Below are positions 18,790 to 27,067 of a DNA stretch of 64,000 bases, piece after piece (positions within the stretch are counted from its first letter, which is position 1; each line of letters opens with the position of its first letter). The translations under genes were made by a program, and so were the position numbers. The stretch lies in assembly GCA_963716255.1 (NCBI GenBank), contig OY970303.1, positions 7,712,001-7,776,000 on the forward strand. The letters run 5' to 3'. Source of the DNA: an uncultured Gemmatimonadales bacterium (GTDB lineage Bacteria > Gemmatimonadota > Gemmatimonadetes > Longimicrobiales > Longimicrobiaceae). The notes beneath the pieces are model-generated. The model saw nothing but the letters and a program-made list of their open reading frames with translations. It had not been told where the DNA came from and did not search any database.

Positions 18790-20543
18790 GCGGCCCGGCG
18801 CGCGTCCGCGCCGACCTCCGGCTCTTCCTGAGCTACCTGGCCCTGATCGGCGTGACGGTGGTCGCGCTGACCATCGGGGTGGGGCTCACGCTGCGCCGCC
18901 ACCTGGTGGAGATGGTGGCGGACGACCTGCGGCACGAGTTGATGCTCGCCATCGCGCTGCACGGCCAGGCCGCGGGGTTGCCCCCGGACGGGCTCGCGGA
19001 CCGGCTGGGCGCGGTGAGCGGCCGCCGCGTCACGCTGGTGGGGGCGGGGGGCCGCGTGGTGGGCAACTCGGACGTGCCCGCCTCGGAGGTCCCCATGCTG
19101 GAGGACCACTCCGACCGCCCCGAGATCCGCGCGGCGCTCGCCGGGCGGCTTGGGCGTTCGGTGCGCATGAGCCACTCGGTGGGGAGCGAGCTGCTGTACC
19201 TGGCCGCCCCCGCGGCGCGCGGCCAGGTGGTCCGCCTGGCCGTTCCCCTGGACGACGTGAACGCGGCGGTGGCGCGGGTGCAGCGGGGGATCCTGGGGGG
19301 CGGGCTGATCGCCATGTTCTTCGCCGGGCTGCTGTCGCTGGCGGTGAGCGTCGCCGTGACCCGCCCGCTCCGGCAGGCGGCGGCGGTGGCGCGCGGCCTG
19401 GCGGCCGGCGACCTGTCGCGCCGGGTGCACGCCCGCCACGGCGACGAGCTGGGGGAGCTGGGGCAGGTGCTGGATACGCTGGCCGACGAGCTGCAGCGCC
19501 GCATGGGCCAGCTGGAGGGGGAGCGCGCCGAGATGCTCGCGCTGGTCGACGCCATGTCCGAGGGGGTGCTGGCGCTGGGACCGGACGGCCGGGTGCGCCG
19601 CGCCAACCTGGCCGCCCGCCGCATCTTCGGCCTGGCGGGGGAGCCGGCGGGGCTGGTCCCGCAGGAGGTGGCCCGCCGCCCGGCCTTTCTGCGGCTGGTG
19701 GAGCGCGCCCGCGCCGGCGAGCAGGTGTCCGCCACCGAGCTGTCGCTGGACGCCCGCCACCTCCTGGCCACCGCCCAGCCGCTCGCCGCCGGCGGGGCGG
19801 TGCTGGTGTTCCTGGACGTCACCGAACTGCGCCGGCTGGAGGACGTGAGGCGGGACTTCGTCGCCAACGCCTCGCACGAGCTGAAGACGCCGCTGACCGC
19901 CATCCGCGGCTACAGCGAGACGCTGCTGGACGAGAACCTCCCCCCCGAGCTGCGGCGCCGCTTCGCGGAGGTGGTCAAGGAGAACGCGGACCGCCTGCAG
20001 CGCATCGTGGACGACCTGCTGGACCTGTCGCGCATCGAGTCCGGCGGGTGGCGCGCGGAGCCCCGCGAGGTGGCGGTGGCGGAGGCCGCCGGGGAGGCCT
20101 GGCACGCGCTGGAGGCGGACGCCGCCGCCCGGGGCGTCGGCTTCGAGGTGCGCGTCGCCCCCGGCTGCGGGCACGTCCGCGCCGACCCCTCGGCGCTCCG
20201 GCAGATCCTCACCAACCTCCTCCACAACGCGCTCCGCCACACCCCGGGCGGGGGCGAGGTGGTCGTGTCCGCGGCGTGCGCGGGCCCGGCGGCCGGCGCG
20301 GGCCCCGGGCGCTGGCTGCGCATCGAGGTGGCGGACACCGGGAGCGGGATCCCCGCCGTGCACCTCCCCCGCATCTTCGAGCGCTTCTACCGCGTGGACA
20401 ACGCCCGCGCCCGCGCCGACGGCGGCACCGGCCTGGGCCTTTCCATCGTCCGCCACCTGGTGGAGAGCCACGGCGGCACGGTGGAAGCGGAGAGCGAGCT
20501 GGGGCGGGGGACGGTCGTCCGCTTCACCCTCCCCGCGGTCTGA
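18786..20543 (+). CDS. phoR: PhoR-like sensor histidine kinase (HAMP, PAS, HisKA, HATPase)
   Basis: GTGA overlap with phoB; EDHSDRPEI periplasmic motif, RRDFVANASHELKTPLT, RIFERFYRVD, GGTGLGLSIV. Confidence 0.85.
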   Translation: MSGPARVRADLRLFLSYLALIGVTVVALTIGVGLTLRRHLVEMVADDLRHELMLAIALHGQAAGLPPDGLADRLGAVSGRRVTLVGAGGRVVGNSDVPASEVPMLEDHSDRPEIRAALAGRLGRSVRMSHSVGSELLYLAAPAARGQVVRLAVPLDDVNAAVARVQRGILGGGLIAMFFAGLLSLAVSVAVTRPLRQAAAVARGLAAGDLSRRVHARHGDELGELGQVLDTLADELQRRMGQLEGERAEMLALVDAMSEGVLALGPDGRVRRANLAARRIFGLAGEPAGLVPQEVARRPAFLRLVERARAGEQVSATELSLDARHLLATAQPLAAGGAVLVFLDVTELRRLEDVRRDFVANASHELKTPLTAIRGYSETLLDENLPPELRRRFAEVVKENADRLQRIVDDLLDLSRIESGGWRAEPREVAVAEAAGEAWHALEADAAARGVGFEVRVAPGCGHVRADPSALRQILTNLLHNALRHTPGGGEVVVSAACAGPAAGAGPGRWLRIEVADTGSGIPAVHLPRIFERFYRVDNARARADGGTGLGLSIVRHLVESHGGTVEAESELGRGTVVRFTLPAV

Positions 20544-20554
20544 AGCCGCCCTTC

Positions 20555-20581
20555 GTTACACGATCGTTACCGTTTCGATAT
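20555..20581 (+). promoter_or_regulatory. Putative Pho box upstream of the porin
   Basis: GTTAC (20555), GTTAC (20566), GATAT (20577) at 11-bp period. Confidence 0.6.
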
Positions 20582-20684
20582 CCCGCGCCGCCGTCGGCAA
20601 GGCAGTGTTCAGCCGTCCGTGACGCCGCCGTGTCCGAAACGTGACGGGCGGCGCTCCGCCAGACCGCTCGCACCCCGATCCGGC

Positions 20685-21788
20685 ATGCCGATCCGCACCC
20701 GGCGCCCCCGCGCCCCTTTCCGCGCGCTGGGGCCCGCGCTCGCCGCCGCGCTCCTCCCCGCCGTCCTCGGCGCCCAGGAGACCCCGCCCGTGGTCTTCAA
20801 GTCCAACGCCCTGGAGGTCGCCATCGGCGGCCGGATCCACACCCAGTTCAACACCACCTCGGTGGAGACCGAGCCGGCCACCGAGATCGCGCTGCGGCGC
20901 GTGCGGCTGGAGGCTACCGTCAAGGTCAACCAGTGGGTCACGGCCAAGATCCAGCCGGAGTACGCCGGCAGCCAGGTCACCCTCCGCAACGCCTACATGC
21001 GCTTCGCCTTCGATCCCGCGCTCACGCTGGTGGCGGGGAAGGCGCACCGGCCGTTCGGGGTCGTGGTCCCCACCAGCTCCACGCGCATCCTCCCCATTGA
21101 GCGCGGCGTGCGCATCCGCGGGCTCCCCGACGCGCGCGAGGAGCAGAACCTGATCGTGGACCTGGGCTACGCCGACCGCGACGTGGGGCTCCAGCTGGTC
21201 GGCGAGCCGGCGTGGGCGCCGCTGGGCCTGTCGTACGCGGTGGGCGTGTTCAACGGGCCGGCACGGGCCGAGGCGGGCGAGGAGAACACCTACCAGCTCG
21301 CCGCGCGCGCCGCCGTGCACCCGGTGGAGCCGCTGCGCGTGGGCGTGTCGTGGAGCCGCCGCAACTTCGCGGTGCAGGACTCCGCCGCCGCCGAGCGGCT
21401 GGACGTCCGGCGGGGGCACGCCTGGGCCGTGGACGCCGAGTACGGACGGTACGCGCCCGGGCTGCACCTGCTGGGCGAGGCGGCCATGGGCGACCTGGAC
21501 CCGGCGAGCGGCGCCGAGTTTATGGGCGCGCAGGGGTGGCTCGGCTTCCGCACCGGGGCGCTGGGCGACAAGCTGACCGGGGTGGAGCCCGTGGTGCGCG
21601 TCAGCTGGGGCGACGTCGACGGCGAGTCGGCACGGCTGGCGGTCACGGGGGGGACGCTGGTCACGCCCGGGGTCAACTTCTACTTCGGGCCGCTCAACCG
21701 GATCATGGTCAACTACGACTTCTGGAGCCCGGACGGGGACGGCGGGTCCGAGGGCAGCTTCAAGGTGCAGTTCCAGGCGGCGTTCTGA
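20685..21788 (+). CDS. Phosphate-selective porin (OprO/OprP-like)
   Basis: Signal peptide; IGGRIH, LRRVRL, DRDVGLQ, YAVGVFNG, GVNFYF motifs; C-terminal Phe. Confidence 0.8.
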   Translation: MPIRTRRPRAPFRALGPALAAALLPAVLGAQETPPVVFKSNALEVAIGGRIHTQFNTTSVETEPATEIALRRVRLEATVKVNQWVTAKIQPEYAGSQVTLRNAYMRFAFDPALTLVAGKAHRPFGVVVPTSSTRILPIERGVRIRGLPDAREEQNLIVDLGYADRDVGLQLVGEPAWAPLGLSYAVGVFNGPARAEAGEENTYQLAARAAVHPVEPLRVGVSWSRRNFAVQDSAAAERLDVRRGHAWAVDAEYGRYAPGLHLLGEAAMGDLDPASGAEFMGAQGWLGFRTGALGDKLTGVEPVVRVSWGDVDGESARLAVTGGTLVTPGVNFYFGPLNRIMVNYDFWSPDGDGGSEGSFKVQFQAAF

Positions 21789-21826
21789 CGGCGGCGTACG
21801 ACTGAACGGCGACGAACGGCTTGGTC

Positions 21827-21960
21827 GGGCGTGCCCCCGGCTGGCGCCGGGGTCGGGCTTCGGCTCCGTAACGCAGCAAACAACGCTGCGTAACGGAGTC
21901 GAGCCCCGGCGGAAACAGCCCCGCCGGGTCTCGCCCCTTCGGGCCGAAATCCCTCACGCG
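21827..21960 (+). repeat. Structured intergenic repeat, full copy
   Basis: Variable stems ACGCAGC/GCTGCGT and CCCGGCGG/CCGCCGGG. Confidence 0.92.
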
Positions 21961-22037
21961 GCATCGCGCTGGCGCCCGCGGGAGTAGCCACCCGGAGCGC
22001 GCAGCCGCTCCCGTCCGCGACCCCGCCGTTACCGAAG

Positions 22038-22083
22038 CGAGGGGCGATCCACCGGATCGCCCCTCGCACATTTCCCCCGGTTC
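22038..22083 (+). repeat. Left copy of a ~45-bp hairpin-containing direct repeat flanking peptide/TPR module 3
   Basis: CGAGGGGCGATCC-ACC-GGATCGCCCCTCG-CACATTTCCCCCGGTTC. Confidence 0.8.
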
Positions 22084-22217
22084 GTCTCGTCCTGGAATCG
22101 GTCGTTGGCCTGCGTGCCGCCCCCCTCCACTGTGCCTCCACACCTCCGCTCCTTAACGACAGGAGAGCGTTAGATTGCCAGCTCCCGCAGTACAAAAACG
22201 CTCACCAGGAGAGAGCC

Positions 22218-22412
22218 ATGTTTAGATCGATTCGCACCGCCGCTACCGTTCTCGCCGCGCTCGCGCTCGCCGGGTGCAGTGAAGTGAGCGGCCCCCCTGA
22301 TCAGTCCGCAGCTCCGCAGCCGAACACCGTTCCAGCGGACAACACTGCGACCACCGCCCGTCCTCCGGACAGCACCACTGCCCGCGGCATCTTCACGATT
22401 GGCGGCGGCTGA
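22218..22412 (+). CDS. Small secreted lipobox propeptide 3 (64 aa), C-terminal tail R-GIFTIGGG
   Basis: RBS AGGAGAG; MFRSIRTAATVLAALALAGC lipobox; Pro/Thr/Ala linker; converges on TPR gene 3. Confidence 0.75.
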   Translation: MFRSIRTAATVLAALALAGCSEVSGPPDQSAAPQPNTVPADNTATTARPPDSTTARGIFTIGGG

Positions 22413-22420
22413 TCCGCAAC

Positions 22421-23719
22421 TCAGCACCGCAGCGGCGGGTCCTCACCGGGGCCCGTCCCTGCGGCACTCCGCGCGCGCTTGCGCAGGCGCGCTTTAAGCC
22501 GCTCCGCGAGCTGTTCCACCGTCGCGGGCGTGGCGTCCTCCGGCGCTGGTACCGGCTGCACGGCCCCCTCTAGCAACTCGCGCGCCCTCTCCGCTACCTC
22601 AGTTTGCCCGCGCTTTGTGGCAAGGTCCAGCGCGTAACCCGCCGCCAACTCCACCCGCTCCCGGTCCCCCAGCGATGCGGAACCGTAAGCGAGTGAGCAC
22701 AAAGAGGAGGTCACGCAATTCAGATGTGGGTTGGTGTCAACGATCCCCCAGGTCTCCACCCATGCGGAAAGGAATGCATCCCGATCCCCGGCTCCGCCTG
22801 CCGCGCGCGCAATGCCGGAGACCACGATCAGGCGGACCAGCAGGTCCGGCCCCGTCCCCAACACGGCTTGCAGGATGGGGAGCGCACGGGCGTGGTGACC
22901 GTGTAGCATCCAGAGCACAGCAACATCATGCGCCAGCGTCACTAGACCCGGATGAGAGGACGGGTACGCGTTGAATGCACGGCTTGCCAGCACTTCCGCC
23001 TCCTCTTTGCGCCCCGTCTCCACTGCTACGGTAAATAGATCGTGAAGCGCCTCCCCTGCCACGTCACGCACGCCTGATCGGCGCGCAGCGCTGTACGCTC
23101 GGCGGAAAGCGCGTTCAGCCGTCTCGAATGCGCCCTGCTGCATCACGATCTGCCCGAGGCGGCGGTATGCGCGTGCGTAGGTCCGCCGGTCCGGTCGCCG
23201 CAGTGCAAGACCAATGCTTCGGGCATACCAGGCGACGGCGCGCGGGTAGTCGGCTGCCCGGTGGCACAGCCCGCCCACATGGAATGCATATTCGGCAATT
23301 GTGGGCGCGACTAGCGCCGCAGCCTGCGCATACCAGATCGAGGTTTGGGGCAGTCCGTTCCGGTCCGCCCATTCGGATATTTTCCGGCAGGCGCCCACCA
23401 CCTCTTCTACCGGCACCTCCTGTCCGCCTCGGAGGATTCTAGCCAGTACCGCGAGCCACGGCCGGACCTGCTCGTCCAGTTCCGCTTCTTGGAACTGTCG
23501 CGCGCGCCGGGTGGAGGCCGCACTGTCCCACAGCGCGCTACGCCTCCCTGGGGGAGTGGAAGCCCACAAGACTAGATCATGGATCGTTTGCCACAGCACC
23601 ACTCCGGCGGGGCTACGCAGTTCATCCAGGATGGTGGCGCCGTCGTACCCCTCAAGGGTGCTGCGCAGAATCGCGGGCGGTGCGGGGCTGGGACGCCCCG
23701 GGCGTCTACCTTTCGGCAT
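22421..23719 (-). CDS. TPR-repeat protein 3 (432 aa), distant paralogue of proteins 1 and 2
   Basis: Start MPKGRR; shares LWA.TP..R.AL, AC...S.WA.R, ADYP.A.AW, LHDL.TV.V and LAHD(V/I)A.LWM..G...RAL motifs with proteins 1 and 2. Confidence 0.8.
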   Translation of the reverse strand: MPKGRRPGRPSPAPPAILRSTLEGYDGATILDELRSPAGVVLWQTIHDLVLWASTPPGRRSALWDSAASTRRARQFQEAELDEQVRPWLAVLARILRGGQEVPVEEVVGACRKISEWADRNGLPQTSIWYAQAAALVAPTIAEYAFHVGGLCHRAADYPRAVAWYARSIGLALRRPDRRTYARAYRRLGQIVMQQGAFETAERAFRRAYSAARRSGVRDVAGEALHDLFTVAVETGRKEEAEVLASRAFNAYPSSHPGLVTLAHDVAVLWMLHGHHARALPILQAVLGTGPDLLVRLIVVSGIARAAGGAGDRDAFLSAWVETWGIVDTNPHLNCVTSSLCSLAYGSASLGDRERVELAAGYALDLATKRGQTEVAERARELLEGAVQPVPAPEDATPATVEQLAERLKARLRKRARSAAGTGPGEDPPLRC

Positions 23720-23960
23720 CGGTTTCGGGGGAAGCAGGTTGGCCGGCGCGGACTTGCACGCTGTCCACAGATCACGACGCGAGATATACGCACGAAATTC
23801 ACGCCAGACAACGTGGGACACACCAGTCCGCCACGAAGCATCAGGATCCCGGTTGCTGTCTCTTTGCGGGCGCTGCGGAAGTGCATGCGGCGTTTTGACG
23901 GCGTGTCCGTGGAGCCGGACACGTTTCGGCGCAGGCTGCTGGTTGGGCCACCCAAAGCAA

Positions 23961-24005
23961 CGAGGGGCGATCCGCCGGACCGCCCCTCGCGCGTTTCCCC
24001 CGTTC
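23961..24005 (+). repeat. Right copy of the ~45-bp direct repeat flanking module 3
   Basis: CGAGGGGCGATCCGCCGGACCGCCCCTCGCGCGTTTCCCCCGTTC; 4 substitutions and 1 indel versus the left copy. Confidence 0.8.
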
Positions 24006-24061
24006 TTCCAGTCCCGCGATTCACGTACAGCCCCCGCCATCCCTTCGCCCGGCCGCACGGA

Positions 24062-24083
24062 GTTACAGAACGGTGACCGTTTC
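24062..24083 (+). promoter_or_regulatory. Putative Pho box upstream of the TonB-dependent receptor
   Basis: GTTACAGAACG GTGACCGTTTC; first unit nearly identical to the pstS box, second to the porin box. Confidence 0.6.
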
Positions 24084-24181
24084 CGCGTGGAGTCGATGCG
24101 TTCGCCGGCTAGCCTGAGGGCACGTCCCGGCGGGGTGCCGGCGGGCGGTTCGACATATCTCCACAAAGAGACAGACAAACG

Positions 24182-26959
24182 ATGCCAGGCAAACGAGTTC
24201 GCACCGGGTTGCTCCTGCTGGCGCTGCTGCTGCTCGCCGCGGCGGGCGGGGCGGCGGCGCAGGGCCCGGCCGGCAGGATCGTGGGACGCGTGGTCGACGC
24301 GGGGAGCGGACGGGCGCTCACCGGCGCCCAGGTGGTGGTGCGCAGCACCACGCTCCGCGCGGTCTCGGGCGTGGACGGTCGCTACAGCATCGCGAACGTC
24401 CCCGCCGGGCCGCAGGCGCTGGTGGTGACGCACCTGGGGTACGCCGCCAAGACGGTGACCGAGCTGCAGGTTCCCGCGGGCGGCGCCGCCGAGGCGGACG
24501 TGTCGCTGGCGGTGGAGGCGCTGGCGCTGGAAGGGCTCACCGTGTCCGCCACGCGCGAGCGCGGCTCCGTGAGCCGCGCGCTGGACGAGCAGCGCACCTC
24601 CACCGGCGTGGTCAACGCCATCACCGCCGACCAGATCTCCCGCGGCCCCGACGGCGACGCCGCCCAGGCCGTGCAGCGCGTCAGCGGCGTCACCGTGCAG
24701 GACGGCAAGTTCGTGTTCGTGCGCGGGCTGGGCGAGCGCTACACCGTCACCGACCTCAACGGCGCCCGCCTCCCCAGCCCCGAGCCCGAGCGCAAGGTGG
24801 TGCCGCTGGACCTCTTCCCCTCCGGCATCCTCCAGACCATCACCACCCGCAAGACCTTCACCCCCGACCTGGGCGGCGACTTCAGCGGTGCGCTGGTGAA
24901 CATCCGCACCCGCGAGTTCCCCACCCGCCGTCAGGCAACGGTGTCCGCGTCGGTGGGCTACAACGACGCGGCGACGGGGAGCAGCGTGCTGGTGGCCCCG
25001 CGCGCGGGCGGCGAGCGCTTCGCCGCGGCGGGCGGGCGGCGCGACGTGCCCGGCCCGGTGGCGGCCGCCGGCGGCTTCACGCAGGACGTGTCGCAGGCGC
25101 AGGTCAACCAGATGATCGGCGCGTTCCGCAACGCCTGGCTCCCGGGGCGGGGAAGCGGCGACCCCAACCTGTCGCTCTCCGCCTCCGTGGGCGGGAGCGA
25201 CCCGGTGCTCGGGCAGGAGGTGGGCTACGTCGTTTCCGGCACCTACAGCCGGGGCCAGGAGGTCCGGCTGGACGAGAGGCGCGCGCTGTACGACGTCACC
25301 ACCGGCGGCCCCGTCGACGAGTTCAGGTCCACGCTGGGCACCGGGCGCGAGAGCGTGCTGTGGGGCGGCGTGGCCAACCTGAGCTCGCTGGTGGGCGAGA
25401 AGCATCGCTTCACCGCGAACAACGTGTACAACCGCACCGCCGACAACGAAGCCCGCACCGAGCGCGGCTTCAACGAGAACCTGGCCCTGCCGCTGGAAAT
25501 CAACCGCCTGCGCTACGTGGAGCGCACCGTGCGCTCCAGCCAGCTCGCGGGCGAGCACCAGCTGTCCGGCGCGCACAAGCTGGACTGGGCGGTCACCTCG
25601 TCCGGCGTCACCCGCCGCGAGCCCGACCGCTCCGAGTTCGTCTACGAGCTGCTGGACGGGCTGGACTCCAGCTCCGGCAGGCGCGCCTTCCTGGCGAACA
25701 ACACCCGGGCCGCCGTCCGCACCTTCGGCGACCTGGAGGAGAGCAGCCTGGAGGCGTCCGCCAACTACACGCTCACCTTCGGGCGCGGGCTCGCCCAGCA
25801 CCAGGTGCGCGTGGGCGGGCTGTTCCGCGGGGTGGACCGCGAGGCGGAGAACCGCTCCTACAGCATCTTCAACGGCGGCAGCCAGTTCCTGGACGACGCC
25901 GACCGCATGCTGGCCGCGGAGCAGATCTTCGACGGGCGCTACACCGGCGCGGACGACGCGGTGTTCACCATCCGCCCGCTCCTCCAGGGCGGGTCGTACA
26001 CGGCCCGGGACCGGCTGGGCGCGGGCTACGCCATGGCGGACGTGGCGCTCACCGACCGCATCCACCTGGTGGGCGGGGCGCGCGTGGAGCACTCGGCGGT
26101 GGAGGTGGACGCCGTGTCGCAGGACGGCAGCGCCAGCCTGTCGACCCCCACCTACACCGACGTCCTCCCCTCGCTCGCGCTCAACGTGGACGTGGCCGAG
26201 GCGCACAAGCTCCGCTTCTCCGCCTCGCAGACGCTGGCCCGGCCGGAGTACCGCGAGCTGTCGCCCATCCTCAGCCAGGACGTGCTGGACGGCGACAACA
26301 TCCAGGGGAACCCGGAGCTGCGCCGCACCCTGATCCAGAACCTGGACGCGCGCTGGGAGTGGTACCCGTCGTCGGGCGAGATCGTCAGCCTGGGCGGCTT
26401 CGCCAAGCGCTTCCGGGACCCCATCGAGCGCGTCTACCTCCCCACCTCCGGCTCGCGGGTGCTCGGCTTCGCCAACCCCGAGAGCGCCACCAGCTACGGC
26501 GTGGAGGTGGAGGCCCGGAAGGAGCTGGGGACCTTCGCCGCGGTGCTGGAGCCCTTCTCCGTATCCGCCAACTTCACCGCCATGCGCAGCCGCATCGAGG
26601 CGGGGAGCGACAGCATCCAGATCAACGCCGACCGGGCGCTGGTGGGGCAGGCGCCGTACGTCCTGAACACCGGGCTGACCTGGGCCCCGGGGCGGGGGCG
26701 GACCAGCGCCACCGTGCTCTACAACCGGGTGGGCGAGCGGGTGTACGCGGCCGGCGCCCGCGGGCTCCCCGACCTGGTGGAGGGGGAGCGCAGCGTCCTG
26801 GACTTCTCGCTGCGGCTGGCCGTGACCCCGCGCGTGGCCGCCAAGCTGGACGCCAAGAACCTGCTGGACTCGCCCTTCGAGGTGCGGCAGGGCGCCGTGA
26901 CGCGCGAGTTCTACCGCTCCGGCCGGGTGGTCGCCCTGGGGATGACCTGGCAGCCGTAG
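24182..26959 (+). CDS. TonB-dependent receptor, probably phosphate-regulated
   Basis: Signal peptide; plug motifs VFVRGLGERY, VPLDLFPSG, KTFTPDLGGDFSGALVNI; TLARPEYREL, GNPELRRT; C-terminal GMTWQP. Confidence 0.9.
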   Translation: MPGKRVRTGLLLLALLLLAAAGGAAAQGPAGRIVGRVVDAGSGRALTGAQVVVRSTTLRAVSGVDGRYSIANVPAGPQALVVTHLGYAAKTVTELQVPAGGAAEADVSLAVEALALEGLTVSATRERGSVSRALDEQRTSTGVVNAITADQISRGPDGDAAQAVQRVSGVTVQDGKFVFVRGLGERYTVTDLNGARLPSPEPERKVVPLDLFPSGILQTITTRKTFTPDLGGDFSGALVNIRTREFPTRRQATVSASVGYNDAATGSSVLVAPRAGGERFAAAGGRRDVPGPVAAAGGFTQDVSQAQVNQMIGAFRNAWLPGRGSGDPNLSLSASVGGSDPVLGQEVGYVVSGTYSRGQEVRLDERRALYDVTTGGPVDEFRSTLGTGRESVLWGGVANLSSLVGEKHRFTANNVYNRTADNEARTERGFNENLALPLEINRLRYVERTVRSSQLAGEHQLSGAHKLDWAVTSSGVTRREPDRSEFVYELLDGLDSSSGRRAFLANNTRAAVRTFGDLEESSLEASANYTLTFGRGLAQHQVRVGGLFRGVDREAENRSYSIFNGGSQFLDDADRMLAAEQIFDGRYTGADDAVFTIRPLLQGGSYTARDRLGAGYAMADVALTDRIHLVGGARVEHSAVEVDAVSQDGSASLSTPTYTDVLPSLALNVDVAEAHKLRFSASQTLARPEYRELSPILSQDVLDGDNIQGNPELRRTLIQNLDARWEWYPSSGEIVSLGGFAKRFRDPIERVYLPTSGSRVLGFANPESATSYGVEVEARKELGTFAAVLEPFSVSANFTAMRSRIEAGSDSIQINADRALVGQAPYVLNTGLTWAPGRGRTSATVLYNRVGERVYAAGARGLPDLVEGERSVLDFSLRLAVTPRVAAKLDAKNLLDSPFEVRQGAVTREFYRSGRVVALGMTWQP

Positions 26960-27067
26960 CTCCGTGACGGCCCCGTTACGGGAGAAAGGTGGCCCCTACA
27001 CAGTAGGCGGCCACCTTTCGTGCATCCGGACGCAGGATCTCACACAACTCTGGGAGAACACTCCACG

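Noticed and set aside
21827..21960. Structured repeat as a hammerhead ribozyme
   Set aside because: A GAAA/GGAA precedes the closing stem, but the CUGANGA core is absent on both strands.
22421..26206. 1261-aa minus-strand ORF as a single protein
   Set aside because: Its first ~830 codons are mostly the antisense shadow of the plus-strand TBDR and intergenic DNA; only 22421-23719 aligns with the TPR paralogues.
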